From contig MGRM01000009.1 of the NCBI GenBank assembly GCA_001798185.1, positions 85,745 through 149,744 of the forward strand: a DNA stretch of 64,000 nucleotides, read 5' to 3'. Shown one piece after another: positions 45,201 through 54,562 of the stretch (position 1 is the stretch's first letter; every line of letters starts with the position of its first letter). Under the pieces are notes generated by a model. It was not told the origin of the DNA. It searched no databases and was given only the letters and a program-made list of their open reading frames with translations. A program made the position numbers and the translations under genes. This DNA comes from Deltaproteobacteria bacterium RIFCSPHIGHO2_02_FULL_44_16 (GTDB lineage Bacteria; UBA10199; 2-02-FULL-44-16).

Positions 45201-46690
45201 GGGATCGTGACATCTGAAGAGGGAACTTCAGGAAGGGTAGCAGTCACCGTCACCGTCCCTACTGCTTCAGCTACACTCTGCGATGATGCAGAGAAAGAGA
45301 CACCGGGATCTACGGTAATATCGGTTACATTTCCGGAATGATAACTATTGGTCGTCGTAATCGTTCCACCAACACCATCAGCATCCTTTAAATCGCAATA
45401 GTCCATGGTGTTATTACTTCCTTGATCGATCCCAAATTGGGTTCCTGCAACACTGGAACGAAGTGCCAGATAGGCGCCAGAGGCACCTTGAAAGGTCATG
45501 TTGTTTGTAATCGTCACTGTTTTGCTTGCTTCTATGGTAAGGGTATCAGCCGTATTCACACTTTTTGAAAAATTATAAAATGTGGGAGAGCCATTAATGG
45601 CTTGATTTGTTCCATCCAGGGTAACCGTACATGTGCGTCTATTGAACACCCCTCCGGAAGTAAACGTAAAATCTCCACCAACCGTAATATCGTAACAAGT
45701 TGGAGTTCCTGCCTCCAAAGTTCCGTCAGCACTGATGGAAAGATCGTCGTTAATATCAATGGCAGCTGCTAAGGTGGCTGACGCATCTTCAATATCCACG
45801 TCATTGAACGACATACTACTGGCAGGAGCATTCACGATCATATTACGGAAGACGATTTTCGCATTGGCAGTATGAGCAACAGTTCCGGCGGTATGTGTAA
45901 AATTCTTGGTCACGCGCAATGTGCCGTCAAACGTAAGTGTTCCGCCAGTTTTGTTGATCACGATCTCCGTCGTGGTTCCACTCGACGTGCTGTGATTTCC
46001 CGTACAGGTTTGATTGTTATCGCCAGTAAAAGTAATTTTACCGTTCGGAAAATCTGTAAACCCACTTTCAAAAGAAACATCTCCCTGTGCTTCAACCCCT
46101 GAGCCTGAGTTTCCACTCTGGAGTTTTCCAGAAGTCAACGTTGTGGTTGCTGTCACAATAAGCGTATCGTCATTTGCCACCGTAAGGTTTGCGAAAGCAT
46201 TTTTTGCGACCGTAAAATTTTTCATCGTAAATGACGTGCTCACATCGATCGTTGACGAGCTTCCCGTGAACTTCAGCGTCGCCGCATCAGCATCCAATGT
46301 ATTTGCGCCAAGGGTAAAATTCCCTGAAGTCGTGAACGTCGTTGTTCCGATATCAAGAACGCCGGTGTAGTTTGTCGTCGTTAATGAACTCACAGTGGTA
46401 TTGGACGAAAGCGTACAATTTCCCGTTCCACTTGCATCAAACGTGACCGCATCAGAACTTCCTGGAACGGAACCTGTTGTCAGTTTTGATCCACCGCTCG
46501 TACCGGACCAACAGGCCAGCTCACTCCACAGACCAGTACATGCAGAATCACCATCAGCAGTATCGTAAATCCAAAAACGAGACGCAGCATGCGCTTCGGA
46601 GATAAGAGCCCAGGAAAAAATCAGAACGGGGATGAAGTATTTGAGTGCGTATTTCTTCACGACTTTTCCTCCACCAACATTGTACCGCAA
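42260..46690 (-). CDS. Giant repetitive cell-surface protein (1476 aa): signal peptide, FG-GAP/VCBS-like and Calx-beta repeats, C-terminal hydrophobic anchor with a basic tail
   Basis: Calx-beta signatures ('DETFVINLSNVNANATISDSQGTGTITD' x3-4), FG-GAP-like 'DINGDGEIDIAIAAPG'. C-terminus 'GGGGCSLS…LLFFLILLVGIKKSFPRKRKSR'. Confidence 0.75.
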   Translation of the reverse strand: MRYNVGGGKVVKKYALKYFIPVLIFSWALISEAHAASRFWIYDTADGDSACTGLWSELACWSGTSGGSKLTTGSVPGSSDAVTFDASGTGNCTLSSNTTVSSLTTTNYTGVLDIGTTTFTTSGNFTLGANTLDADAATLKFTGSSSTIDVSTSFTMKNFTVAKNAFANLTVANDDTLIVTATTTLTSGKLQSGNSGSGVEAQGDVSFESGFTDFPNGKITFTGDNNQTCTGNHSTSSGTTTEIVINKTGGTLTFDGTLRVTKNFTHTAGTVAHTANAKIVFRNMIVNAPASSMSFNDVDIEDASATLAAAIDINDDLSISADGTLEAGTPTCYDITVGGDFTFTSGGVFNRRTCTVTLDGTNQAINGSPTFYNFSKSVNTADTLTIEASKTVTITNNMTFQGASGAYLALRSSVAGTQFGIDQGSNNTMDYCDLKDADGVGGTITTTNSYHSGNVTDITVDPGVSFSASSQSVAEAVGTVTVTATLPEVPSSDVTIPFTVSGSATASGTDHNLADGNITILSADNVSTGTTTFTVTADTIDESDETVILTMGTPTNAVAISPTLHTVTITDDDSTPGISVNDVSAVEGSSIQFTVSLSNASSQTITVDYATANGTATTADSDYTATSGTLTFTAGQTTKTVDVSTASDSTTEGDETFVINLSNVNANATISDSQGTGTITDSGSIPTISIDNVSATEGNTFQFTVSLNHASIQTITVDYATANETASSSSDYTATSGTVTFAALETSKTISVTTADDSLNEIDETFVVNLSNVNANATISDSQGTGTLTNNDTSGPKPRITIDDVSATEGNTLQFTVLLNRASTQTITVDYATANGTATTSSDYTANSGTLTFAALETSKTVSVSTTDDSTTESDETFVINLSNVNANATINDSQGTGTITDNDTESTLVSASAGSDRRMNAGESITLSGSGTGSSISYSWTIISGNTDGVASLGSATSASSTLSVSQSARSRSLTLRLTVTDGSTSATDDAVVTVNRYLEAVSIQTETQSNLMVVGSVGGYTVYERRTQIRGSEAHFLEIGFLTLTLPSGYSSYTIDETSTGRMMVGIQFPSGRSQVFLATESTGTLANLPRTIDLSELADLAVSKSVSKASSKFESDLLPAVLSASSSDPFLILERNESDGFASYLGTGDINGDGEIDIAIAAPGCGFNGCIYLYNQNYVLTGLIFGSSNNPIYSLVVQNLFTKTNNAFLVGPDNPGIKKNLQVGSTLTVKVAVSKSFALNEASSLTGEVQLSSTGVDASLSPDANIQTTAVGDYNADGNQDVALATTNGAVYIINGPLVDGTVYSEDDAAVVISNGSASDGFGQSLAFKDVTGDGYIDLLIGAPTHNNDTGILYVIPGGTTWSSTMNVNDEKGIIQVPCESSGDRCFAGIFLRDTNSDGIDEIFTTKSTSSVYKVDLYGSINTNPGDEFSFDGGGGCSLSTKASSKQMLLFFLILLVGIKKSFPRKRKSRVKT
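44003..45000. repeat. Three near-identical ~333 bp tandem repeats inside the giant surface-protein gene, each encoding a Calx-beta unit
   Basis: The block …ctgtcgctgatcgtggcattggcattcacgttgctcaagttgatgacaaaggtctcatc… recurs at ~44003, ~44341 and ~44669. Confidence 0.65.
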
Positions 46691-46854
46691 CTTATGTGCC
46701 AGCTTAGAGGGAAATTTTTTACTATAACTACATGATATTATTTATATTTTTAAATTCCCCTCTTTCTCAAAATGGGAGAAAAAAGGGGCAAAAAGTCAAA
46801 AAAATGACGCTTTTCAGGAGTATAACAAAAAACTTTCGACATGCATGTAAAAAC

Positions 46855-48600
46855 TTATGCTATTCCAAGCTCTTTGAGCTGTTTCGCGGAGACCTGCGAT
46901 GGAGCATCGCACATGAGATCAGAAGCGCTTGTGGTTTTGGGAAAGGCGATCACATCGCGAATATTTTCCGTTCCCGTGAGAAGCATGATCAGACGATCAA
47001 ACCCCAAAGCAATGCCACCATGTGGAGGGGCTCCCATTTGTAAGGCTTCGAGCAAAAAACCAAATTTTTGCTGCGCCTCTTCTTTACCAATACCGAGCAA
47101 GCGAAAGACTTGATCTTGAATCTGCTGGTGATGAATTCGAATCGAACCCCCACCGATTTCAGAACCGTTGAGCACAATATCATACGCGAGCGCGCGAACT
47201 CGCCCAGGATCGTTTTCCAAAAATGGAAAATCTTCTATATGCGGCGAAGTAAAGGGATGATGCACTGCCACAAACCTTTTTTCCTCTTCGCTCCAATCAA
47301 AAAGAGGAAAATCATAGACCCACAAAAAATCAGGCTGCACCTTTTCTAGGAAACCTTGTCTCTTTCCAAGGTGCAAGCGAACTGCTCCAAGCGCTGCATT
47401 CGCAACAGATGCTTTATCAGCGACAAACAAGAGAAGATCTCCTTCTTTGATTGAACAGATTTTTGTCAGCGGCGCTTTTTCTTGCTCCAAAAATTTTGCA
47501 ATCGCTCCCTTCCATTCTTTCTCTGCTTTAATCCACGCAAGTCCTTTTGCTCCATGTGTTTTTGCAACTGCTTCGAGATCATCAATCTCTTTTCGAGAAA
47601 GGTCCTGCGCACCGCAGTTAAGAACTTTTACAATCCCTTGGTTTTCAACCACAGAGGCAAATGTTTTGAACGAGGCATTCCGAAAAATCTCTGTCACATT
47701 CTGCAACTCCCACGGAATGCGACGATCAGGACGATCATTGCCGTAACGTTCCATAGCGTCAGCATAACGAAGTCGATCAAATTGTTTCGGAATTTCAACA
47801 GCGCAAATTTCTTGAAAAAGGGTACGCAATACCTTCTCAATCAATGCAAAAACAGTTTCCTGTGTTGGGAATGAAATCTCAATATCGACTTGCGTAAATT
47901 CCGGTTGGCGATCCGCACGAAGATCCTCATCGCGAAAACATTTGACGATTTGAAAATAGCGATCAAATCCCGCAACCATCAAAAGCTGTTTGAACAATTG
48001 CGGTGACTGTGGAAGCGCATAAAATTTTCCCTTCGCAATGCGCGAGGGGACAAGATAGTCGCGCGCTCCTTCAGGTGTCGATTTCGTGAGAACCGGTGTT
48101 TCGATTTCCAGAAAATTTTCTTCCGAAAGAACACGACGGACAATTTGTGCTGCTCGGTGTCGAGTGATCAATTGCCGTTGAAGAACCGGACGACGAAGAT
48201 CGAGATAACGATATTTGAGTCGCAACTCTTCTGAAGCTGTCGTGTCGTTTTCAATCAGAAAAGGGAGCGGCTTCGCGGTGTTCAATATTTCAATCGATGA
48301 GACTTCGACTTCAATCTCACCGGTCGCAAATGCTTTATTGACTTGATCGTCAGGACGCTTCTGAACCACCCCTTCGACTTCGATCACATATTCATAACGA
48401 AGGTCATGCGCACGCTTCATCGTTTCTTTCTCAACGGTATCAGGGTTCAGCACTACTTGCGTAATCCCATAACGATCGCGAAGCTGCAGAAAAATAAGCC
48501 CTCCAAGATCGCGACGTGCATGGATCCAACCTTGAAGAATCACTTTTTTCTTTGTCTCATTTTTGGTCAACTCACCACATGTGTGTGTACGCTGTTTCAT
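46855..48600 (-). CDS. aspS: Aspartyl-tRNA synthetase (start corrected to [11 protein letters not shown]; the ORF track N-terminus is translated MITE)
   Basis: Class II aaRS motifs ('…FLQLRDRYG…', '…GGGSIRIHH…'); ~580 aa after start correction. Confidence 0.9.
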   Translation of the reverse strand: MKQRTHTCGELTKNETKKKVILQGWIHARRDLGGLIFLQLRDRYGITQVVLNPDTVEKETMKRAHDLRYEYVIEVEGVVQKRPDDQVNKAFATGEIEVEVSSIEILNTAKPLPFLIENDTTASEELRLKYRYLDLRRPVLQRQLITRHRAAQIVRRVLSEENFLEIETPVLTKSTPEGARDYLVPSRIAKGKFYALPQSPQLFKQLLMVAGFDRYFQIVKCFRDEDLRADRQPEFTQVDIEISFPTQETVFALIEKVLRTLFQEICAVEIPKQFDRLRYADAMERYGNDRPDRRIPWELQNVTEIFRNASFKTFASVVENQGIVKVLNCGAQDLSRKEIDDLEAVAKTHGAKGLAWIKAEKEWKGAIAKFLEQEKAPLTKICSIKEGDLLLFVADKASVANAALGAVRLHLGKRQGFLEKVQPDFLWVYDFPLFDWSEEEKRFVAVHHPFTSPHIEDFPFLENDPGRVRALAYDIVLNGSEIGGGSIRIHHQQIQDQVFRLLGIGKEEAQQKFGFLLEALQMGAPPHGGIALGFDRLIMLLTGTENIRDVIAFPKTTSASDLMCDAPSQVSAKQLKELGIA

Positions 48601-48622
48601 GAAAGCTCCGCTAAAAACTATG

Positions 48623-48769
48623 GACCAAAGTGGTGAAGATTTTCTCGCAGGGGGCCTTTGACTGAGGCGCGTCGATGCAGTTTGATAAATCGCGCCGATG
48701 GAAACAGAAGACGCGAGGAGCGTAATCGAAGCGTCTGTACCCCGAGAGAAAATGTGAACCAGTTTGGTC
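48623..48769 (-). mobile_element. MITE family 2, copy 2 (reverse orientation), in the hisS-aspS spacer
   Basis: gaccaaagtggtgaagattttctcgcagggggc…ccccgagagaaaatgtgaaccagtttggtc is the reverse complement of the other copies. Confidence 0.7.
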
Positions 48770-48771
48770 AA

Positions 48772-50034
48772 TTAATTCCATAGATTTTCTAAATCAGAAA
48801 GTTTGACTTCCTTCTGCTCTTTGGTCACCAGATTTCGAACGATCACACTCTGTTTTGCAATTTCATCATCACCCACAATGATCACCATTTCAGCTCCTGA
48901 TTTATCAGCACGTTTCATGAGACTCTTCAGCGATTTCGGTTCATAATCCCATTCAACGTGAATTCCCTTTTGGCGCAGTGACTGAATTTTTGGGGACATC
49001 ACTTCAATGGCCTTCTCACTCATCGCCGCCACATAGGCCTTGCAGCCTTTCTGGGTAAAGTTTGATTGTAGTGACTGCAGAAGCAAGATGAGTCTTTCAA
49101 TTCCAATCGCAAATCCGACTGCTGGAATATCAGGCCCACCAAGATCACGCACAAGACCGTCATAGCGACCGCCGGCAGCTACTGCATTTTGCGCACCGAG
49201 TTGATCGGTCGTAAACTCAAAGGCAGTCCGTGTATAGTAATCGAGTCCTCTCACGATTCGTTCATTCACCACATATTTCACATTGAGCAATGTCAGATAT
49301 TTTTGAACGGCCTCAAAATGCTCACGATCTTCGACAGAAAGAAATTCAGCAAAACGGGGAGCATTTTTTAAAATGTGTTGGGTCGACTCCACTTTACTAT
49401 CGAAAATACGAAGTGGATTTCGATGCAAACGTTTTTGAGAATCTTCGTCAAGTTTCCGTCGATAGGGTTCAAGATAGGATAAAAGCTTCTCGATATATTT
49501 CTTCCGCGATGATTCTGATCCGATCGAATTGATCTCAAGCGTTATATGTTCCAATTTCATGCGATCAAAAAAATGCGAAAGCATGGCCATCACTTCAGCA
49601 TCGGAAGAAGGATGCGAAGGGCCGAGCAACTCAGCACCAAGTTGATAAAACTGTCGTTGTCTCCCTTTTTGCGGACGTTCGTAACGAAACATCGGACCAA
49701 AATACCAGTACCGTGAAATCGGCTCGAGTCCATGGACGTTTGCGTTGATATAAGCGCGCACCACAGAAGCCGTCCCTTCGGGACGAAGCGTCACTTCATG
49801 TCCACCTTTATCGACAAAATCATACATCTCTTTGGACACAATATCGGTCGACTCTCCAACGCTTCGTTTGAAGAGAGCCAGAGGCTCGAGAATGGGAGTG
49901 ACAATCTCGTCATATCCATACGACGAAAAAACAGCTTGCGCCGTTTCAATGACTTTTCTCCAAAGATGACTCTCAGGAGGAAGAATGTCTTCCATCCCGC
50001 GGAGGATTTCGACTTTGTTTCCGTGGTTCTTCAT
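48772..50034 (-). CDS. hisS: Histidyl-tRNA synthetase
   Basis: Class II motifs, 'RPEGTASVVRAY', HisRS anticodon-binding domain; 420 aa. Confidence 0.9.
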   Translation of the reverse strand: MKNHGNKVEILRGMEDILPPESHLWRKVIETAQAVFSSYGYDEIVTPILEPLALFKRSVGESTDIVSKEMYDFVDKGGHEVTLRPEGTASVVRAYINANVHGLEPISRYWYFGPMFRYERPQKGRQRQFYQLGAELLGPSHPSSDAEVMAMLSHFFDRMKLEHITLEINSIGSESSRKKYIEKLLSYLEPYRRKLDEDSQKRLHRNPLRIFDSKVESTQHILKNAPRFAEFLSVEDREHFEAVQKYLTLLNVKYVVNERIVRGLDYYTRTAFEFTTDQLGAQNAVAAGGRYDGLVRDLGGPDIPAVGFAIGIERLILLLQSLQSNFTQKGCKAYVAAMSEKAIEVMSPKIQSLRQKGIHVEWDYEPKSLKSLMKRADKSGAEMVIIVGDDEIAKQSVIVRNLVTKEQKEVKLSDLENLWN

Positions 50035-50070
50035 AAGAACGAGGAGATGTAACAGAGCGGAAAAGGAGCG

Positions 50071-50901
50071 TCAATTGTTGGCTGCGACAAGACGAAGGTC
50101 TTCAGCCACACTCATAATGATGTCAGGAGTCAGAGGAAAAGAGGCTTTTCGGATATATCCTTCGAAGAGGGCATTATCACAGATGACATTCACGAGACGC
50201 GGAATCCCTTTCGAAAAAGAAAAGATAGCAGCAAGAGCCGCTCCAGAAAATATTTCTCGACTCGCACCCGCATGCTGCAAACGAAAACGAATATAGTCGA
50301 CCATGACATTTTGAGGAAATGGTTTGAGTTCACATCGAACGGCTGTTCGTTGTGCGAGCGCTGGCTCCAAAGCAATCACTTGATCGAGCTCCGGCATTCC
50401 AAAAAAAACAAAGGAGATTAATTTTTGTTCTGGAAGTTCAAGATTGAGTAAGCCTCGAATTTCTTCAAGCAAATCTTGCGTGCGAAGCATATGCGCTTCA
50501 TCAATCAGAACTGCAGCGCGCTTTCCGGTCTCGGCAATTTCTTCTAAACGACGATACAAGCGCGTCATGATATCGACCTTTTTTTCATCTTCTTTAACTT
50601 CAATTCCAAATTGCGCTGCGATTCTTCGCACAAGCCAATTGCTATCGACATCGCTATGGAGCACCACAAGCAGAGAGACTTCATATTCTTCTTCCGGAAG
50701 ACTTTCAAAAAGACGACGCGCCAAGAGCGATTTTCCCGTCCCAACAGGACCGGTCAGAAGCGCTAAGCCCTTCATCGCTTGAATCGCTCGATGAAGATGA
50801 AGATAGGCGCGATCATGCTGCTCATTGTTATAATAAAAATCGGTCAACGGCATGATGGAGAAAGGTTCTTTTTTCAATCCATAATATTCAAGATGACTCA
50901 T
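50071..50901 (-). CDS. ExeA/GspA-like AAA ATPase (type II secretion / T4P-associated)
   Basis: 'GLALLTGPVGTGKSLLARRL' Walker A and an ExeA-like N-terminal region. Confidence 0.55.
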   Translation of the reverse strand: MSHLEYYGLKKEPFSIMPLTDFYYNNEQHDRAYLHLHRAIQAMKGLALLTGPVGTGKSLLARRLFESLPEEEYEVSLLVVLHSDVDSNWLVRRIAAQFGIEVKEDEKKVDIMTRLYRRLEEIAETGKRAAVLIDEAHMLRTQDLLEEIRGLLNLELPEQKLISFVFFGMPELDQVIALEPALAQRTAVRCELKPFPQNVMVDYIRFRLQHAGASREIFSGAALAAIFSFSKGIPRLVNVICDNALFEGYIRKASFPLTPDIIMSVAEDLRLVAANN

Positions 50902-50913
50902 GGGATCCTCTCG

Positions 50914-52335
50914 TTAAACAAAGGAAGCTTTCTTTTTGGATTTTGGAAACGGTGGCGTATCTTGCTTCGGTTTTTCTTCTTTTTTTTGAACTTTTTTTTC
51001 GCCGCGCAAATCTTCAATGCGCTGCACAAGAAAAGGATCGGGTTTCCCTTGCGTTTGAAGCGCTTCGTACAACTCCAGCGCTCTGCGGCGCTCTTCGTCA
51101 GCTTCTTTTTCCAACCCCATCTGTTCATACATGTTCATCAGTCGAAAAGCTGCATCAGCTTCGTGTGTCTCATTTTTTGGAGCTGCAACGGACGGAGGTG
51201 GCGGAGGAAGCGATGAAGGGACAACGCCCTTTTCCGCTAATCGTTTTTGGATTTTTTCACGACGGATTTTTTGCGCCTCTTCTTCTTGAACACGACGCGT
51301 TTCATCTTCTCGTCGGCGAAGTGAGACTTCACGTTTTCGTTCTTCTTCTTCTCTCTCTTTTAATTCTTCATCAAGTTCTTTCCGTCGCTTCAGCGCCCAC
51401 GCTTCGGCGCGAGCAAAAGCATCAGGACCCAAGAGACTTATCTTTGTTCGCACTTCTTCTTTTTCTCCTGGAATATATACCAAAATTTCAGCATACGCTC
51501 TCAGCGCTCCTTCAACATCTCCATTTTCCTGATAGAGTTCTGCCAGAGAAAAATATTTGCTCTTTGCGGTATCAAATTGATTGAGAGAGGCATAGATTTC
51601 AGCCTGCATTCCTAAAAGTTCGGGGTCATACGGAGTCAGATCTTCGGCAGCATCCAGCCACTTGAGCGCTCTCTTTTTATCCCCCTCAACATACGCATAT
51701 CGAATAAGTCTCTCGATCAGAAACGTTCGATCGGGACGATGTGAAAGAATCTTTTCGTAAAGTTCGATCAGTTTCTTTTCTCGTCCCCCTCTTTTTTCCA
51801 GAGCTTTTGCAAGCTCTTCAAATTGATCAAGGGCTTGTTCTGTTTTCCCCACACTTTGATAAAATTCTGCAAGTCGAGTCCGCGATGCAATGTCATCAGG
51901 ATGCAACTGAACAATTTTTTCTCGAATTTCGAGTGAACGTTCTCGATCGCCACGACGATCTAAAGCATTTGCCACAATGTCATATTGCCGAACAGCGTCT
52001 CCAAGAATCCCCATACGCTCATACAGTTTCGCAAGTTCTTCGTTGATCTCAATCAATGACGGATTTAAACGCAAAATTTGTTTATAGACCGTGACGGCTT
52101 TGAGATAAAAACCTTCATCAGTATATTGCAATGCTACTTCTCGATAAAGTTTGATCGCTTGTTCACTCTGTTTTTGTTTTGTGTAGAGTTCTGCAATCCG
52201 AATTTTGACGCGCAAATCTTTCACATCTGAGAAAAGAATTTTCTCATATTCACGAATAGCCTTATCAATCTTTCCCTCATCGACAAAAGCTTGAGCCTGT
52301 TCAAGCAATTTTTCTTTATTGAGAATGGTCGTCAC
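50914..52335 (-). CDS. TPR-repeat protein with a charged coiled-coil region and a Pro-rich C-terminus
   Basis: Multiple TPR-like helical repeats; 'EEEERKREVSLRRREDETRRVQEEEAQK' and 'SSLPPPPPSVAAP'. Confidence 0.5.
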   Translation of the reverse strand: MTTILNKEKLLEQAQAFVDEGKIDKAIREYEKILFSDVKDLRVKIRIAELYTKQKQSEQAIKLYREVALQYTDEGFYLKAVTVYKQILRLNPSLIEINEELAKLYERMGILGDAVRQYDIVANALDRRGDRERSLEIREKIVQLHPDDIASRTRLAEFYQSVGKTEQALDQFEELAKALEKRGGREKKLIELYEKILSHRPDRTFLIERLIRYAYVEGDKKRALKWLDAAEDLTPYDPELLGMQAEIYASLNQFDTAKSKYFSLAELYQENGDVEGALRAYAEILVYIPGEKEEVRTKISLLGPDAFARAEAWALKRRKELDEELKEREEEERKREVSLRRREDETRRVQEEEAQKIRREKIQKRLAEKGVVPSSLPPPPPSVAAPKNETHEADAAFRLMNMYEQMGLEKEADEERRRALELYEALQTQGKPDPFLVQRIEDLRGEKKVQKKEEKPKQDTPPFPKSKKKASFV

Positions 52336-52345
52336 GTCTCTCGCC

Positions 52346-52837
52346 TCATTTCGATAGCTCGATTAATCTCTTTTCTGCTTCATGATTATGAGGGTCGCGG
52401 CGAAGAATGGATTCAAAAATTTTCCGCGCTTTGTCAGCATGTCCTTGAGCTTGGAAAATTTCTGCCATCGTAATGGTCTCCCAATTTTCCGGAAGTTTCT
52501 CTTCATGTTTTTCTTCTTGGATTTTGGACTCTTTGATTTTCTGATGAAGAATCAAAGCTTGCTGATGGCCTGGATGATTTGCGAGAATGGTCTGAACTTC
52601 TTCTTCTGCCTCTTCCCAATTTCCGCGCGCAATATGGACCCTTGCCAGAAGCAACTTCGCGCTGAGACACTGAGGATGATGACGCAACCCTTCCCGACAT
52701 ACCTTTAAGGCATCGTCCAAAAGATGATAGCGGAGAAAAAAATCAGCAATGGCGACAAAAACAATGGATTGAGGATCGCGTTGCCATTGATGGTAATAGC
52801 GCAAAAAGAGAGGATTGTTCAAAAGATCTGGATGCAT
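52346..52837 (-). CDS. TPR-repeat protein
   Basis: 163 aa with TPR-like repeats ('…LLLARVHIARGNWEEAEEEVQTIL…'). Confidence 0.45.
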   Translation of the reverse strand: MHPDLLNNPLFLRYYHQWQRDPQSIVFVAIADFFLRYHLLDDALKVCREGLRHHPQCLSAKLLLARVHIARGNWEEAEEEVQTILANHPGHQQALILHQKIKESKIQEEKHEEKLPENWETITMAEIFQAQGHADKARKIFESILRRDPHNHEAEKRLIELSK

Positions 52838-52875
52838 TGATCTGATATCAAAGATTTTTCTTCAAGGATCAAGAT

Positions 52876-53130
52876 TTAAATGACTGGCTTTGGAAAAACC
52901 TTTTCTTTGTCCGTGAGTTTGAGACCAAGCGCGAGCAAAATTTTACGCATCGTATCCATGCGACACGACATCCCATGTTCAATGCGATCAATCGTGAGAG
53001 AAGAGATGCCGGCTTTACGAGCAAGCTCCGCTTTACTCATTAAGAGTTCTTCACGAAACTGACGAACATTATTTCCTATCGACTCTTTGCTTTTCACATT
53101 CTTCTCCTGAATCTGTATGACGGCTTTCAT
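52876..53130 (-). CDS. XRE-family helix-turn-helix transcriptional regulator
   Basis: 'LMSKAELARKAGISSLTIDRIEHG' HTH_3-like. Confidence 0.55.
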   Translation of the reverse strand: MKAVIQIQEKNVKSKESIGNNVRQFREELLMSKAELARKAGISSLTIDRIEHGMSCRMDTMRKILLALGLKLTDKEKVFPKPVI

Positions 53131-53232
53131 GAAGCGGGATATAGACTCAGAAATGCAAAGAGCGTCAAGGCTTTTCTTAAATTATATTAAAATATATATA
53201 ATTTTTAATCTTTTATATATAAAAGATCAGCT

Positions 53233-54030
53233 TTAAAAAAGGCTGAGGTACCAGGAAACCATTTGAGGACCAATGAAGAGATAGATGATACCGGCAAAAG
53301 CAATAAAAGGACCAAAAGGGAGTTGATATTGAAATCCTTTGCGAAAGAAAATCATCAACACGATACCAATCAAAAGTCCTAAGACAGAACTGAGAAGCAT
53401 GATGAAAAGAGTTGCTTGCCATCCAAAAAAAGCGCCGAGCATGGCCATTAACTTTACATCCCCTCCTCCAAGGCCCTCCCGCTTTTTTATTTTTTCATAG
53501 GCAAACGCGATGAGGAAAAGAGTTCCTCCTCCTACAAGAATACCAATGACACCATCCATCAATGCAGAAAGATGAGTACCTTCAGGTGCAAGAAGAAGAC
53601 GCACGATCAAACCGACCACAATTCCCGGCAAGGAAATGGAGTCAGGAATGATAAGATGTTTCAGATCAATAAAAGAGATGACCATAAGAGGAGCGATGAA
53701 AAAAAGAAAATAGAGGAGATAGGAGAGAATATCGCGAAACCACCACCAGGTCAGAAGAGAAAAAAAGATCGTGAACAGTTCAACCAAAGGATATTGCCAT
53801 GAAATGGCTGCGTGACAATGACGACATTTGGCTCGGAGAAAGAAAAAGCTGAAAAGAGGAATATTTTCGTACCACGAGAGGGAGTGGCGACAGTTGGCAC
53901 AGTGCGAACCGGGGAAAATAATCGATTCACCTTGAGGTAAACGCGAAATACAGACATTCAAAAAACTTCCGACAATAGCGCCGAGCACGCCGACAACAAT
54001 CCAAAGGTAAATTTCTGGGAGAAAATGCAT
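53233..54030 (-). CDS. pilD: Prepilin peptidase (A24 family, PilD-like)
   Basis: N-terminal tetra-Cys 'CANCRHSL…CRHCHAAIS', 'GGGDVKLMAMLGAFFGW', polytopic membrane protein. Confidence 0.75.
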   Translation of the reverse strand: MHFLPEIYLWIVVGVLGAIVGSFLNVCISRLPQGESIIFPGSHCANCRHSLSWYENIPLFSFFFLRAKCRHCHAAISWQYPLVELFTIFFSLLTWWWFRDILSYLLYFLFFIAPLMVISFIDLKHLIIPDSISLPGIVVGLIVRLLLAPEGTHLSALMDGVIGILVGGGTLFLIAFAYEKIKKREGLGGGDVKLMAMLGAFFGWQATLFIMLLSSVLGLLIGIVLMIFFRKGFQYQLPFGPFIAFAGIIYLFIGPQMVSWYLSLF

Positions 54031-54071
54031 TGAACATCTTTAACATAGAAAACAGTTGATGACTATAGATT

Positions 54072-54219
54072 AGCCAAACTGATTTCGCATTTTTTCTCGG
54101 GGTACAGCGGCTTCGGTTACGCTCCTCGCCGCTTCTGTTTCCGTCGGCGCGATTTATTATATTGCATCGACGCGCCTCCCTCAAATGCCCCCTGCGAAAA
54201 AATCCTTATCAGTCTGGCT
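54072..54219 (+). mobile_element. MITE family 2, copy 3 (degenerate termini), between the divergent prepilin peptidase and gatC genes
   Basis: agccaaactgatttcgcattttttctcggggtacagcggcttcggttacgctcctcgcc…ccccctgcgaaaaaatccttatcagtctggct. Confidence 0.6.
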
Positions 54220-54265
54220 TTATCATTGTCAGTTCTTTTCCCCTATGTTAGCCCCGCATGCATCT

Positions 54266-54562
54266 ATGAAAAAAGAGCTTATCGAACATGTGCGCCAACT
54301 TTCTCGCCTTCGTTTTTCCAAAGAAGTCGAAGAACGCCTCGTGAAAAAAGTAACAGCAATCATGGGCTATGTCGAACGCCTCAATGAATTAAATACCGAA
54401 CATATTGAACCAACCTCACATGCGATGATCTCCTCTGGCCCCTCTTCGGGAAATCTTCGTGAGGATCGCGTGATTCTCTCCACACTTGCATCAGACATTT
54501 TATCTGTCGCCCCAGAGCGGGACGGCGCTTCTATTCAAGTTCCCAAGGTAATCGATTCATGA
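54266..54562 (+). CDS. gatC: Glu-tRNA(Gln)/Asp-tRNA(Asn) amidotransferase subunit C (start corrected; the ORF track N-terminus is MITE-derived)
   Basis: ~98 aa; '[25 protein letters not shown]…' is typical of GatC. Overlaps the gatA start. Confidence 0.8.
   Translation: MKKELIEHVRQLSRLRFSKEVEERLVKKVTAIMGYVERLNELNTEHIEPTSHAMISSGPSSGNLREDRVILSTLASDILSVAPERDGASIQVPKVIDS

Noticed and set aside
44949-46370. Plus-strand ORFs (44949-45341, 46014-46370, 45872-46102) antisense to the giant surface-protein gene, and similar antisense ORFs within metH (12246-12767, 12911-13522)
   Set aside because: They are low-complexity translations of the opposite strand of well-supported long genes, with no independent signals.
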